Position numbers and translations under genes: made by a program
Part shown: positions 37,455 to 52,002 of the stretch, one piece after another
How positions within the stretch are numbered: position 1 is the stretch's first letter
How the letters are laid out: each line of letters starts with the position of its first letter
Assembly (NCBI GenBank): GCA_977018835.1
Contig: OZ361259.1
Coordinates: 744,001 to 808,000, forward strand
DNA: 64,000 bases
Direction of reading: 5' to 3'
Source of the DNA: Minutocellus sp. GHC0000111
Taxonomy: Eukaryota
Notes under the pieces: generated by a model
What the model saw: only the letters and a program-made list of their open reading frames with translations
The model's database searches: none
Told to the model about the DNA's origin: nothing

Positions 37455-40400
37455 CGAGGTCAGATTCGCGAGAAATCGAGCGCCCGGTTTTTGACTGCTT
37501 TCGAGGGGATTGAAAAGCGCCTCGAAGAATAGTCATGCTGAAATACCAAGTGCGTGTCGATCTGGCGACGCCAGCGACGTTTTCGCCCAGAAATCGGAAA
37601 GTCCGAAGAAACACCTACAAAATCTCATTTCTCAGAATGTTTTCCATAATTTTTGTTTTGGAACGACAGTTTTGTGCTACTCAAAAAACAAAAAAATAAA
37701 ATTTGCCTGAACTGGAGAACTATTTATTTGAGAATTCGAGTCAATAAGGCAAGTTTGATGCAAAGTTATGAATGTTACCGAGGTGTCGCACTACATGTAA
37801 CTATCACCGTTAAAACTATCAACCTTTATGTGCTTGTTGATATGTTCGCCGTGTTCGAGTCACTCGTGTAGGATGACACAGCACAGCTTCAGCATCAGCC
37901 ATTTTTACCAGCAATCACACGAGGTTTGAGTTTTTACACGTACCAAATGCATCAAAGCAAGCTAGTGACATAATAAATCTAAGTAAAAATGTCAATCTAA
38001 GCTTTCTTGGAGCGAGGGGCGACACCGTCCTTGGTTGCGATGAAGTCGCCTCGGACGTTTTGTCCTGGACGTTTTGTCCTTGTTGGGCCGTTGGCTTGCA
38101 ACTTCGCAAGAACTCGTTGCCGCCGCCATTTTCTTCCACTCTTTCTAGAATTCGTTTCGCCAACACGCATCCATGAGCGACTTTTTCCGATGTCAAATCG
38201 CTCCATGTGTCTTGGCATCGCTTCCATATTGCATCGTTGTTTCCGATGGCCTTCTCCCCGCCCTCCTTCAGCAAATGAGAGTGGATTTTAGACATGCAGG
38301 GGAAGACGGCCAAGTCAAGATTGTTCGAGCAGGGCATCTGAGCAGCCTGGGGCTCCCAATGCCAATGGCTCCTTATCTGGCATTGCTCCTTGCACCATGC
38401 TTGGAAATTGCCCTCGCGGTGAGGACCGGCGTTGTCACCTTGAACAACTACGCCACAGTTCTGGCACTTTCCATAGAGACTTGGATCAGCGATGGGCGGG
38501 GAATTGTTTTCAGGATCAGCCTCGCATCGTTGCTTTTCTCCTCCTGATGCTTTTCTTTGTCACCACAAGCAGCGGGAGGACCAACTAACTTCTCTAAAAG
38601 AGGGATAATTTGATGTTCAAATGTCTCTCGAAGAGAAAAGCTAGGATTAGTCGAAGTCCCGCTACTTGCACCCTTCACCTCAGCATCAACCATGCAGGGC
38701 CCACCCTTCTCACGAATCAGCTCTCCATCGCAGCGCTGCCGACCCTAATCGTCCTTCCGACCAGCACGCTGATTCTTCTGCGCCATTCGGCCTGCCATGC
38801 ATCGATGCAGACCAAGCATCAAGCCGTCGCCGCCATCCTCGATGTTGCCGCCATAAGCACACCCAGTGAACGCAACCACCACAATCTTCGGAATGTGGCA
38901 CTTGTGCTGACAAAAATTCATTGGGTGATGAAGGCCCAGAGCCTCGCAGATTTTGTTGTTGCGCCTTCCGACGCACCCATGGAACCACTTTTCATCGCAA
39001 TGCACAAGAACAGCAGGCTCGGCTTCTCTCCCCCAGCCATTGAGGAAATGCTTCACAAATCGGACATGCTCGGCCATCTGAGCTGTTGAGCAAAGGCAAC
39101 ATTGCTTCTGCACCGCATGTAGCTCCACAATGCGAAGCAAACCACCGATCAATCGTCCTTGCACTGCACCAACCGTCAATGTCATCTGCAACATCCTGCC
39201 AACTTTTGGACTGATCCTTGAGAAGCATTGCAATAATCTCATCTCGAATTCCAGGCTGTCTAGCGATGGCCGACCGAGAAAGAAAGTTGAATGGCTCTTT
39301 GTTGTCGGCGGCAAGGTGTTGGAACTTTTCGCGCCATCTTCCTTGTGTCTCCCTGCGCAGATGAGTCCAAGAGGTAGCAATTCTCAGCGGCCTCCGCCGA
39401 TGCCTTCTGTAGCAAGTGCTCTCCATAAAAATACACTGGAGTGCACATCGAGCGCGCATGATCATGGTCTTCGATCACAGAAAGAAATTTGACCCTCTTC
39501 GCTCCGGGCTCCTCCCCTCTTTCCTTTCTCTTTCGCTTCTTGCTTTCCTTCTTCGCCTCTGCTCTTCGCTCGGCCTTCTGTGGCATCATGAGGCGATCGT
39601 ACGCATCTTTGGGGTGGTGCCGCTCAACTCCATGTGCGTGGGCGAGATTCACCATTGCGAGGGGATCTTTCGTCGCTGGAAGGGTTGCCATTCCAAGGGT
39701 CTTGCGCATGGCAGCAGCAGATGCCACAGCACCACAGTCCACAGCAATTGCAGTGTCAAAATCAGGGTCATCCCTTGATAGGCCCATGCTGTCAGCTCTC
39801 CATCCTCTGCAAAGATTCATTCCACCATTCTTTTTCATGAGCTCAGTTACAATCTGACCTCCGTCTTTCCGGCACTGCCGTTTCGCCGGCGGACTAGAGG
39901 CCGTTCCCCCATCGTCTTTGTCATCTCCTAATGCATCTTGGCGAGTCCTTTTGATAGCTGCACGAGCTGGGGGGTTGTGGATGATTGGAGCAGAAGATGT
40001 GGCTGATCGAATTCGAGTGAGGCGGAAAAGGGGAACATCATGCTCAAATTTCTGGGCTGCGATGGCGTCATGCTGCACATCCACCGTCAGCTTCCCACCG
40101 GAGCCTTTCACATCGGCAACGATTCCATCACCGCCGGGAGAATTCTTGCATGGGCTGTAGTCTGATGAAACCCTCACGGCATCGCCTTTTTGGAGGAGGG
40201 GTTTGCCCGACACACAGTTGCTCGTCTTCTTCCCCTTCGGCGGCGTAGTGATGGAAGTGACGGTGCCTCTTTGTTTTGCATGCTCCTTCCTTTCATGTTC
40301 AAGGCATGTGCGCTTGTTCTCGCGCTCTTTCTCCGCCGCGACCTGCGCCTTCTTGGCCGCCTTCTTCGCAATGTCTTCGGCTGCCTTCGCTTTCTCGGCA

Positions 40401-42307
40401 TCCAATTGTTGGGATCGCTGCACTTGCGCCGGTGCTGGCGACGACGATGGATGAGAGGACGCATCAGTCGATGTGCCAGTCGGCGGAGAAGGCGGAGAAC
40501 GAGCAGGAGACACAATGGCCAGGCGAGTCGATGGCGTTCGAGTCACGTTCGACGAGGGTGAGGTGTTGGCATTGTTTGATTGCGATGCGGCCCGTGCAGA
40601 CGTTGTTGGACGGCGGGATGAACGAGCGTTGTTGGAGGCTGCTGGCGACCGAAAATGCGTGGGAGGCCATGGGAGGAGATCACCCCTGGACAAATGCATG
40701 TCTGCAAGGTTTTTGTCGCTGAGATTGGTCGTGTTGTTTGTGTCGGCCACGAACTCCTGTTTTTTCGCGAAACTCGCTGGCGTCGCCAGATCGACACGCA
40801 CTTGGCATTTAAGAAAGTGGCTGTTTTTACTCTAATTTTGATTTGTCTTCATGTGAAACAATAATTCGGATAAGACTTTAGATTTCAGCGGCTCTAATCA
40901 AATGGACGCGTTCGTCGCACAGAGGAGATCTCATCTGGCTGTGCAGCCATGCATTCGAGATGTTATTGTTGATGCTCTGATGCGAAATCCTCGGGAATCT
41001 TGGCGGGAGCTGGAGGTGGATGTCATCTTTTGGTGTTCCTGCTCGGCAATGCGGCGGTGGATGACGTCGCGGGAAGGGTTCCGGTGCTGTGCCGAAAGGA
41101 TCATCCCTCTCCTTGCTGCACATCAGATGGAGAAACATTTGGCATTTGCGCGGAAATTCCGAAACAATTGGGGGCTCGGCGGTGGCAAGTTTTCCCTTGT
41201 CATGTTCGATGAGAAGTGGTTTTGGGGCTTGGTTCTTCGATCGCATGCCAAGCAAGTTGCAGAATTGGGCATTGATCCTCGGTCCTTCTCGGCATGTCAC
41301 CGAAATCACATCAACAAGTGCATGGTGGTGGCTGTCACTGCCTTGGCTTTTATTGACAGCATTGAGAATGGCGGCATTGCGTTCAAGCTTGGACTTTTTC
41401 GGGCTCAGGCGCATAAAATTGCGAGGCAGATGGCAAGGGAAGCGGTGCGGCAGGCAGATGGCAGAATCAAACATTGCGGCCCGGTGGTTCGGAAGAAAGA
41501 CGATCTGTGCCTTGTGGATTGCGCGGTGACTGGATGCAGCCATGGCACCCTTGATAATCCCAAGTTCCCACTGTTTGATAACAAGATGTTTCCGGATGTT
41601 GAGGCTTTGGTCGGACCTGGCGGAAAGTTTGAAGGCCATGTCCCTGTTTTCCAGGGCGACAGTGCTGGGCCCCATGCCGAGACTGAATTTGTGGAACATG
41701 TGGAAGGATGCTGTCGGGACAAGGGATGGCGTTGGGAACCTCAGGCCCCGCAAATGCCCCATATGAATGTTCTTGATCTGTCTGTTTTCCCTTGCATGTC
41801 AAAGCAGCATGCAATGTTGTGCCGCGATCGGGAGGGGCTGAAGGTTTTGACAGAGGATCAGACTTGGGATGCAGCGGAGGAAGTTTGGATGGGGCTGGAA
41901 AACTGGAAGATCGCATCGGCATGCATCCAGGCTCATAGAATTGCAAAGAAGGTAATCGTTGCAAAAGGCAACAATGATTTTCTTGGAAACGGTGAAGGCA
42001 TTCATGTTGGGGTGCGAAAGGATTTCAGGCTGACTGAAAATGGCATGGTTCGGACAGATGGGAAAATTATCGCTCCTCCTCCTGCTGATCCAACCATGGA
42101 TAATTAGTCCTGCGGTGCTTTTAAGTTATATTGTGTTTAATAATGCTAGATTGGATTGTAGATCTGGATGCTAGCTGCTGCAACACATGCACTTTGCATT
42201 GTGCATGTGTTCAATGCCGGTAGATCTAAGATTCAGGCGGTTGCGGGCCCAAAAAGTCGCTGTTTTGGTCCCGACCCTGTGCTCGATTTCTCGCGAAACA
42301 GACTTCA
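37455..42307 (+). mobile_element. Outer mariner-like element, copy B (transposase remnant 40902..42107)
   Basis: Same TIRs and identical 401-aa ORF as copy A. Confidence 0.75.
37546..40805 (-). mobile_element. Inner mariner-like transposon, copy B, with extra frameshifts
   Basis: Same 32-bp TIRs; TA/CA flanks. Confidence 0.93.
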
Positions 42308-43110
42308 TAGGCATCATCGGCAACGAAAAAAAAGCCCGATCAAGCGGCAAAACGAGCTGTGCAATCCTACACCGACGGCTTCCAAAGTCAAGTGAGCATC
42401 AGTCTTGCATGTGCGTCCGACCCTTCGCCGCAGGACCAGGGTAACTCTTGGGATAAAGTGCACACAACAACAATCTTTGTTCTTGCACTTGTGTTTGTGT
42501 AAAATAATTCCTTTTTTTTTCAAACAAAACAAAAACACAGAAAATACAATAAAATTCGACGCAGAGGTGCCACTCGTTCCCTAATGTCAACGACGCTGGA
42601 ATCCAATCCAAGCTATGTAAACTTTTTACTTTTCTCTTTTCTTTTCCTATGCTATGTGTTCTGAAACTGAAAGATCGAAAATATCGCGAATTTGTCAACA
42701 CCCCCAAATTACAAGCAATATCGCAAGGAGGGGTGGGATAGGGAATCCAAGAAGCTTCAAAAATAAAAAGAAGACGAGAAGAACGGAAAATCTGAACAGA
42801 GCGACCTTTTCATCATGTGCAATCAAAAGCGATGCGAAGATTCGAAAACATACAGATACGAAGAAATTTATACTAGGCCTACTACACCAGAGCAAACTGC
42901 CTGCCGCTTCCAAACTGCAGGTAGAAGAATGAAAGTTCCCTGGAGTGACCGAAATCAAAGTTTCATTGTGCAAAAGAAAAGAAAGAGGATTAGGAGGGCA
43001 ACATTTGCTGTTCTTCAGTGTAGGCATATCTTTCTAATAATTATTGCCATGACAGTGTCCTTTGGTCCATTGTTCAGTACGTACTTTTATACGAAGCAAA
43101 ATGCCCACTT

Positions 43111-44300
43111 TCATGTCGATGGAATCATTTTCGCGTCTCGGAAGGAAGAGTTCCATTGAGGCGGATGAATGTGCGCCGCTTCCATTCTTTTGTTTCTTTC
43201 TCCCAAGTTGACCTCCATTTGTTTATGCCAAGAATCGGTTTCCCAAGCGCATTGCAAACATTGCGCTACGTTTCCTTGTCCAAATGGGCAGGCTTTGCAG
43301 AAATGCAAGCTGCGAGATATTTGCTCTGAAAAACGCTGATTTTGTCGATTGTGGCCGTTCCTGTGTTCTTTGATAGTGCCATCGACATTGCAACGAGCTT
43401 TCCATAGACATTTCTGTCCAGCCATGACTTCTTATTCAGCTCAAATGCACCAGCAATAATGCCCAGCGGCGGATACAGGGTGTCCTCAGCAAAGCCAAAA
43501 ACGTCTTGAAACATGTGCCAGGCATCATCCTGGTCAGTCATGGTGTCAATGTACAAATGAGAAGAAACAAAGTAAGGCATTCTTGGTTTGCCTCCCTTCT
43601 CGTCTCTGGGGGATCTATACCAGTAATGCGTCACAGTCTCTTGTTGCTCTTACAACGAAGCGATTGTGCCAGAATCCTCCCAACGGACAATCTTAGGTGA
43701 CGCGAGACTCATGTTGGAAATCATTGATTGAAGATCCCTCTCGAACTCATCTGTATCTACTACATTTCTTCCTGCTTCCAGGAAACACGGCCTACTCAAC
43801 TTCATCTCATCACCTCCAAGATGGATAAAGGGACTTGTATGGAATATTTCTTCCAGCTCACCCAATGAAGTTTCAAGGATAGACATTATGCCTGCGTTTT
43901 GATGGTTGAGAGGAATGCCCCATGCCTCCTCGCAGAAGTATTTTGGGCAATTTACAATAAGACCAGGGATGCCGGACCACCCCCCTGCATGGCCCGGAAT
44001 ATTTAATTCTGGCATTATGAAAACTCTCCTTTCGGTGGCAAACCCGACGAGGTGCTTCATTTCTTCCACGGAATATACACTGCCACCTGGAACAGAAGGT
44101 ACTGCTAGTTCAGGATAGGAATCAAACTTCAACACGAATGATTGATCATCAGTCAACCTGAGATGTAGCAGATTGAAACCAAGCTTCGCAATGAAGTCAA
44201 CAATATCCTTCAAGTCTGAAATGGAAAAATACACACGAGCAGCATCCACAAGTACCCCAGCATATCGAACACGATGCTCTGGCAATTTCCTTCCCGGCAC
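43111..44300 (-). pseudogene. GH20 hexosaminidase pseudogene, copy B
   Basis: Same motifs and in-frame stop (43650). Confidence 0.85.
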
Positions 44301-45300
44301 AAACGACCTCCACTACACACTACACATCGTCGACCGATTCATCCAACTTGTCCGATCACAGGGAATCCCATTTCTCTGTGCATTCATATGAGGATAAAGG
44401 GCTTACCCTGTCAGCAGACTTTGTAAGACTATTCGCGAAGGCTAGCGTCATTCTGGAAGGTACCCACGGTGACAACCCACGAACAATGGCAAGGCGGATC
44501 GACCGCACCGAACGATCGGTGGTGTAATCCGAACAGCACTGATAGGAGCGGGCCTACCCAATGCACTCTGGGACGTAGCAGCAGTTCATCTAGCCAATGT
44601 TCACATTGAGACTTGGCATTCAGGATCCAAGAACATTCCACTCAGAGCTTGGAACAAAGCCATGTTGAGGTAGAGATAAATTTGATTGCCAGTCGCGACA
44701 AAAACCTTTACGCAGGAATAATTCATAATGCACATGCCGAGCAGAGGTTCGATTCTATCTACTGTATCCCACTCATCATGAATTTTGGCAGAGAGAGAGA
44801 TTCCTGTCTATCCTGTGCCTCTCAACGTTTCTGTTCCAAAGAAACCGAAAAGCAAAAACAAAGAAACCGAAAAGCAAAAACAAAAAAGTGCCTAAGGAAA
44901 AATCAATATTCGACCAGCCAGTGAGACCACGGAGAGCTCGACTGTACACACGATACGGCTTCTGCTTTTCGTGCGTTTTTGTTTTCTATTTCTGATTTCT
45001 TCTGAACAGCAAAGGTCTTGGGTAAGTAGTCCACAACTAAGTTTACTGTTCGTGCTTTGTCTCAACAAGATACGCATTGTTTTTCTAGTGTGCTTTTGCT
45101 TGCTGCGTTCTATTCTACTCTTCGACCACAGAGGTACTTGAGGTAGTGAATGTGGTAGTGAATTTGACCGTTTACTATCGCCGGGACCAACCACTAGCTC
45201 GCTAGGCGTACCACCTGATGATGATTACTCGCCTAGTTTATTGGGCTTGAGTTCCCTAATCTCTAAATGTAAAATCCGCTGTAGCAATTGTCCGAATAAA

Positions 45301-46150
45301 TCAACCGAACATAGAATCAGAAATCGTCGTTTGACGGAATTTGTACTTTGCATACGTGCCGGATGCTAATCCTAGTTGATGCTCCACTATTTCAGCCCAT
45401 AGAACTGGGTCTCTGGCAGCTGGCATCCATTCGCTGAGGTCGTTTGCTCTAGATCCGAATCCTAGTTTCTCTAGAGTGTCAAGGTATCCATGTCGAATTG
45501 TAACTTTGGCTTTGCCGCGTCGTCTAGATTTTCCATGGCAGAAGGCTCCAAATAACTTTCTAGGCAATCTGTTATCTCCCATGTTTGCTTGCAACCTTCT
45601 CTAACCATCTGCATCTCCTTAGTTCTAGATTGGTTTCCATCGTGCACATGTAGGCACTAAGAGCTTCAGCTCTAACATCTTCATTTGTGACTTTACCGTC
45701 CCGGTAGAAGTCATGCCCGACGATTTGATGGAGGCAGTTGTGGTGCACAGACTCTAGCTTTTTGATCAGTGATGGTTTGAGCGCCCAGCTTTCGAATCCC
45801 CACAGCACTGTGTTGACGGTGAGGGCATTGTAGTATCGTAGTCGCTCGGGTAGTGGTACGTCCTTGTTGGTGAAGATGTTGTTTCTCATCGCTTGGAATT
45901 GGCCTTTGGCTTGTTTGATTCTGGCATCTGTGTCGACTACGTCATTCAGTTGCTTCTCAAGCAGGCTGCCGAGGCACTTGAATTCATCGGTGTGTGACAT
46001 GCATCGGTCGTCGACAACAATGTCAGCAGTTGCTGCCAGTAGCTCCTCCTCGGTGTACGGTTCCTTCCTAGGTGGCGGGATGTGCAGGGCTTCTGTCTTG
46101 GAGCCTTCTCCGAGGGATCTGCTACTGCCGGTGTGTGCTGTCAGGTCAGG
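45301..46150 (-). mobile_element. Non-LTR retrotransposon (RTE-like) reverse-transcriptase C-terminal fragment
   Basis: EFKCLGS (canonical FKYLGS), DARIKQA, VLWGFESW; frameshifted. Confidence 0.8.
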
Positions 46151-48856
46151 CCGAATCGCTTGAAATGGGAGACAACAAGTTTTGTGGCTCTGATGGCATC
46201 TTCACGGTTCAACAACATAAATGCGGCATTGTCAACGTAGTAGGACTTGAAAAAAGAAAATCTCTCACCCTCCTTAGTCTTCACCGGCATCTTCCTGAGT
46301 TGGCCTGCTGGTTTCTGTGTCCTTCACACGCACGCAACTCAAGAACTGTCAGCCCCCAGGAGACCGGACTACCACTGCCTTCACTTTGATCAGCACTTTC
46401 GGCTAGCATGTTCAGATTTGATGTACGGGGGTAACAATGCAAGGTAGCACCCTACTTTTCTTATTCCAAAACGACTTTCTCCCAGGTAGGAGAGGATACA
46501 ATGGTGCACATAAAATGTACACTATTGGCCGAGAAAGGCTCTAAAAGTGTACACTATCCTCATTTTCGTGTAGTAGGCCTAGAAGGCGACCTACGACGCA
46601 CAGACTCGGCCACACCGCGTTGAGAGAGAGAACGAGAGAAATTTACTCATGAAAATAAGGGGATTTGCTGGGGGACCCAATGCTCCTTAAAGCAGAAATC
46701 TTTCATTCTCCTGGCACTATTTCATTATGCAATTATCGTTTGCGTTAATTCTTACCAGGTCTAAACCAATATGCACCATACCAATATTCTTTCTATCCCA
46801 CAAAACACGTCGAAAGGCCGAGAAAAATAGTTTCAAAACAATTCTTTTTCTTAGCTGCTGTTGGATCACTGGCCAAATTATGTTTGGAATCCACAGCATT
46901 GAGAGAAATCTCAGCTACAAAGAGGATACAATGAACATGAAAAAAGACTTGGCCATGAGAATGAAGGAAAGGGGCATGAGAGTACCCTCCTAATAGCAAA
47001 ACCTGGAGCATACATGGGGGCGCGCTTTTCTAACAGAAGATATGGATATGTTGCGTCTGTGTCAATATCGAAACTGCGCGGCAAGCATATTAAAAGAGAT
47101 GTTGCTTGTTCTGACGAAAGTCGTACACAATATTCAGAAAGTGACATTGTAGAAATGATATATCGATACCATGACATTTTGCAGGGAAAATGTGATGGTA
47201 ATGAATCAAAAACATAGAGAACTTCCCTCCCAGACTACAGTACCAGCAAATCATACTGTACTACGTAGCTAGATCTTGAAAAATTGAGCATAATTTTGTG
47301 TTAAAAGATGCTTCAGCTTTTTGCTTAATAAAGTTCAAAATCTTTCCTTAGGGACTGAGACTCTGGGATCTCTTCCACAGGGCCGTCATAGCGCGAGCAA
47401 ACTGACTAAATGCCTCACTAATTTTCTTATTGTGTCGTCGTCGCATCATCTCGGTCCCTACTAGCGAAACACAGAATCCCAGACTCTGGCAAGATCTCCT
47501 CTGTGAAATAAAGTGAAACACATCCTGTACTACGATGGAGCCAAATAAATGACACAGCATCACATGCATTTGATTTTTCGCTTCGCAGAACTCACAAAAA
47601 TAAAAACGAGGAGCGACATGCAGAAGACAATCGTAAGAGAAAACTGATTGATGCTGGAAGATCTCAGCACTATGCAGAACTATTTAGGATGTTATTAGAT
47701 TGCACACTTTTGACATGATTAGTTTTTTTGGTACAGACGGCTGGTAGTCTTGAGCCTTAATGGCTATGAGTGCCTTGCCTTCACCAGTAATCACTTTGAC
47801 ACATACAATACTCAGCATTTGCAACTGCATGTGTGTCGACACCACACACTGCATGCGGGGCTTTGGTTCAGTTTCCATAGGAAAGTCTTCAGAGGAGCTA
47901 ACTTGGCGACACCTAGCTGCGAAGCCCCCCCAGCCTTTTCACAAATGCCTCTCATTTCTTGTCTCAAATGTCAAAAATTCCACTTGGACACATGTTGAGA
48001 CCCGATTGGCCTTGATTCAGACCCAAGAAGGAGTTTCAATTTTGAGATAATTTGATTTGGCGCTGAGACGCATGCGACCTGAATATTTCAGCTGCGTCGC
48101 TCATCCCACAAGACAGCTGAAGTCAAACGATAGCGTTATCCTAGCTACACAACGCATCGTCTGGACTACAAACCCCCTCGATGGCTCTACCCAGGAATCT
48201 CTGCAGTTTTGTTCCACTCCACCTTCTGGCCAACTGAAGCCCAATTGTAACCCCGTTGCGGGGCGACATCAAAATCGATCGATTATGTTACAGCCTGTTA
48301 GAGCCCAACCACCAAATTACCTTGCCTATTTTTTGTCTTTTTGGTCTGCAAATTTGAGGAATTTTCAAATTTGCATCATGTTACCGGAAGGCGTCAAGAT
48401 CAAGTGGTCCTTCTAACAATACAAAGACAATTTCGTGCAAGCCGATTTTGGAGCTGTCTTTGTTTCCTAACAATCACACTCAAAAGGAAAATCAACCCAG
48501 CACAAATCCAAGAGGCAAGACCCGGGCATTGATTTGAACAATATGTCTTTGTCGGTGCAAATTATTTGGTGCGACGCAACGCAAAACAAGCGCTGCTCCC
48601 TCTTTCGTTTTTCAAGTCTGCTCGGAAACTTGGAAGGACATTTTTTACTGGTTGAGGTCGAAAATGGCAAACCATTAGTGCTCAATGACGCATGATAAAT
48701 GCGATAATCATTTGCTAACATTTCGTTTTGGATCAGAATGTACCTCTAGCTAGACTAGGCCCTACTCACTACGTATTAGCAAGCACGTAGTGTGTGGCAT
48801 AATTTATTTCAAACGATTTTTTTTCATTTTCTCATTTTCAGCCAGCCAAAAGAAAG

Positions 48857-49830
48857 ATGATCAGAGAAACACCAAATTCACTAGAATCTCTTCCACCAGA
48901 TGAAGAAGGTGCTAACAAACATTTTTCTGCTTCAGCTAACTCCGCTGTTGCTGCATTTTATGAAATAGAGGCTCTGGGGAAGCACCTGCTGGCAAAGTTT
49001 GGGACAAAATACTACGTAGGTGCCGTAGTAGCAGCAAATTTGGGGAAAGAAAGTAGCGCTACATGTAAATGCACTGGTGTGTGCAACGGCATCCATTGCT
49101 TCCTGGATGGCACTCCTGTGTTTGCTGCTGGTGTGACAGCTCAAGAAGCTGCAAGGGCATCACCATTCATGACTGACCATCCACTCCTACCTGGAAACTT
49201 TCGAATCATTTTTCATGACAATGATGTGTGTGATTTTAGCCTCAATGAGTGCATCAAGGGGCTTGCGGCTTATGAAATGCAGCAGCTGAAGAGGCAACTG
49301 ATGGCCAGAGATGCCAAAGATGAGAACGGCTTACTCCTGGCATGAGAGTTTTCCTCAGTAGCAGAGTGCCTCGATTGACAATTCTTGGTGCCACCATGCA
49401 AGAAATTGAGGAACGACCTGCACCTGAGGCTGGTTGCAACATCTCGTCTTTCAATCGCAAATCTTTCTCATCTCAGCTCAGATCCAAGAAAGGTGATGAG
49501 TTCCTCTTGAATGCCATTGAGGGAAGGAATCATTACAAAAATTGTACCCTTGCTACAGCATTTCTAAAAATAAAAGACTGGGCTCATGCTTGTGATGTTG
49601 GTCATCAGCCAGATGGAGTGACACCTTGGGACTGTGTGCCATCAATTGACAGAGCAAGTCTGAGATGGGACCATCTCAATGAAGTTTTCTGCAATAGATT
49701 GGTGTTTGAGGTGGCATCTGTAGGGCTTGTTAGCCCGCACCTACATGCTCATGACGGAGCAGGCAAGCTAGAAGCCCAGCACTCTTGCCGAGAGCAATCA
49801 GCTCGCAGACGTGCGAACCTTCTTGACTAG
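48857..49830 (+). pseudogene. Unknown degraded coding sequence in two abutting frames
   Basis: Two 162-aa ORFs, CKC...C...C motif; family not recognised. Confidence 0.3.
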
Positions 49831-50732
49831 TCATCATTGATGTTGTTACCATGACTGCAATGGCTTGCCCCGGTCTCCACACATGAGTAGATCTAGACAG
49901 AGATCTACCAGTGTCTGACCCGGCACATGCATTTGAAGGCACGTGATTTCACAGGACCCTTTGGTCCGACTCACATGCACCTCTGTAGCCCTTTCTACTT
50001 CTACTCTTTCTATTTCTGTTACCAATCTATTTTCACACAGGTGCTTCCATGGTTATGTCTTAAGATAGAGATTCTAAGAGAGATTGATGCAATGAGGCTC
50101 TGTTCCGAATGCTAAGGAAGTTGCTGTGGAGTGACAGAAGGACAATGACTGATCAAAAGGACACCCGGAACAAGGGTCACAAGGAGAAGCGAGAAGAATC
50201 CCTACCTAGGTATCTTTTCGACGCACGTCATGTGCTGGAATTTTTGGCATAGAGGGATCCCCCGTAACTTATGGGGAAAAAATCAAATCCGGGAGGGGTC
50301 AAATCCCCTATATTCCGGCGGGACCAGAATGCGTTTCGTAACTCGTTCTCGTTGGCCGCAAGCATCGGCCTCAACACATTATTAATTTTAACACAACAAC
50401 TTTTTTCACGGCCGCTCAACTCACCGCATTACTCTAGTAGCTTTGGGGAAAAGAGCACGAAAATTTGGAAGATGCATGAAATGCAGAGAGAGATGCAAAT
50501 GTAAGTAACTTGCACAAAAATAAATGACATCATCATTATGGCAGCCTTTACTACTTGGGGTGGTGTTGTGGTAGCGTCATACTGTTTCAACAGTAGTATC
50601 TTCTCAACAGTAGCAGCAACAAGCTCGCTTCTGTAACAGCTTCTTTCTGGTTTCCTCAAAATGAAACAAGAACATATGAACATCGCAAACAAAACGTCTT
50701 GCAAGATAATAATCTCTTTGCATTCATGATGC

Positions 50733-52002
50733 GTGATGCAAATCGGATGGTTGCAATTGATCCTCCATTTGGCATGTACATTTTCAATTACATCAATGTG
50801 GATGGTGAGACCATTCCTGCAAGTAGCAATCAGATGCAGCTCCACCTCAATGGGCGCAAGATTGGAGTTGCTCCGTGTGAAGAATTACTCGATAAGATGC
50901 TACAAGGCCAAAATGCTGCAGATCTTTCATTATGTTGCCATTCATACTCAATCGCAATATTTGTTCTACATGGAATCTGATAATACACTCTGTGTTCCAC
51001 TCTCCGAGTTGGAGAGAATCGCTAAAACACAATCGCGGTACTTTGTTGGGACTGGTATTGGTGCCTCTGGTTGGATAATGACTAGACCATTCCTGTTGGA
51101 CTTCATGGCAAGATATGAAAGTGGCGTTGATGATGATGATCGTCCTGATGTTGTTGCATCAAAACTACTAATGGAGGACAAATCAAATGAGAAAGGCTGG
51201 GCTGTCACCAGACAATATCTTGTGGCACACACACTTATGCAACCAATCGGAGGGCAAGGTCTTACTGTCAGGAAACCATCCCAGTCCAGCAAGCGCCTGC
51301 CAAGATGTTTGGAGCCGCACCGCGGAATGTGGATGGATGAAGAGAAGCTTGGAATAGATCGCAAAAGAGAAGACAAGTATGGTTGGGACTATTTTCGCTT
51401 TGATGCATGTCCCGACTCTGATATCTACCCATGCAATCGTTCTGATGTCAAAAAGAATAATAGTAGCAAGGGAGACAGTTACACCAATATCGGCAACATG
51501 AAGGAGCCAATGCATCATAATCGACGTGTTCGATATGCTGGGGTACTTGTGGATGCTGCTCGTGTGTATTTTTCCATTTCAGACTTGAAGGATATTGTTG
51601 ACTTCATTGCGAAGCTTGGTTTCAATCTGCTACATCTCAGGTTGACTGATGATCAATCATTCATGTTTGAAGTTTGATTCCTATCCTGAACTAGCAGTAC
51701 CTTCTGTTCCAGGTGGCAGTGTATATTCCGTGAAAGAAATGAAGCACCTCGTTGAGTTTGCCACGGAAAGGAGAGTTTTCATAATGCCAGAATTAAATAT
51801 TCCGGGCCATGCAGGGGGGTGGTCCGGCATCCCTGGTCTCATTGTAAATTGTCCAAAATACTTCTGTGAGGAAGCATGGGGCATTCCTCTCAACCATCAA
51901 AACGCAGGCTTAATGTCTATCCTTGAAACTTTATTGGGTGAGCTGAAAGCAATATTCCCCTCAAGTCCCTTTATCCATCTTGGAGGTGATGAGATGAAGT
52001 TG
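50733..52002 (+). pseudogene. Unknown (possibly glycosyltransferase-like) coding region running in frame into a truncated, frameshifted GH20 segment (~51523-52002)
   Basis: GH20 part is an inverted near-copy of ~27833-28310; frameshift near 51665; ends just after HLGGDE. Confidence 0.65.

Larger units (their letters stand above)
29826..45816 (+). repeat. Segmental duplication copy B (~16 kb)
   Basis: Junction GTGTT-GA-ATTTCCT (2-bp microhomology) joins the LINE to the P450 3' end; the LINE continues normally after 45816. Confidence 0.93.

Noticed and set aside
46440..48420. Possible MITE or TE ends and short ORFs
   Set aside because: No convincing TIR/TSD pair or recognisable domain.
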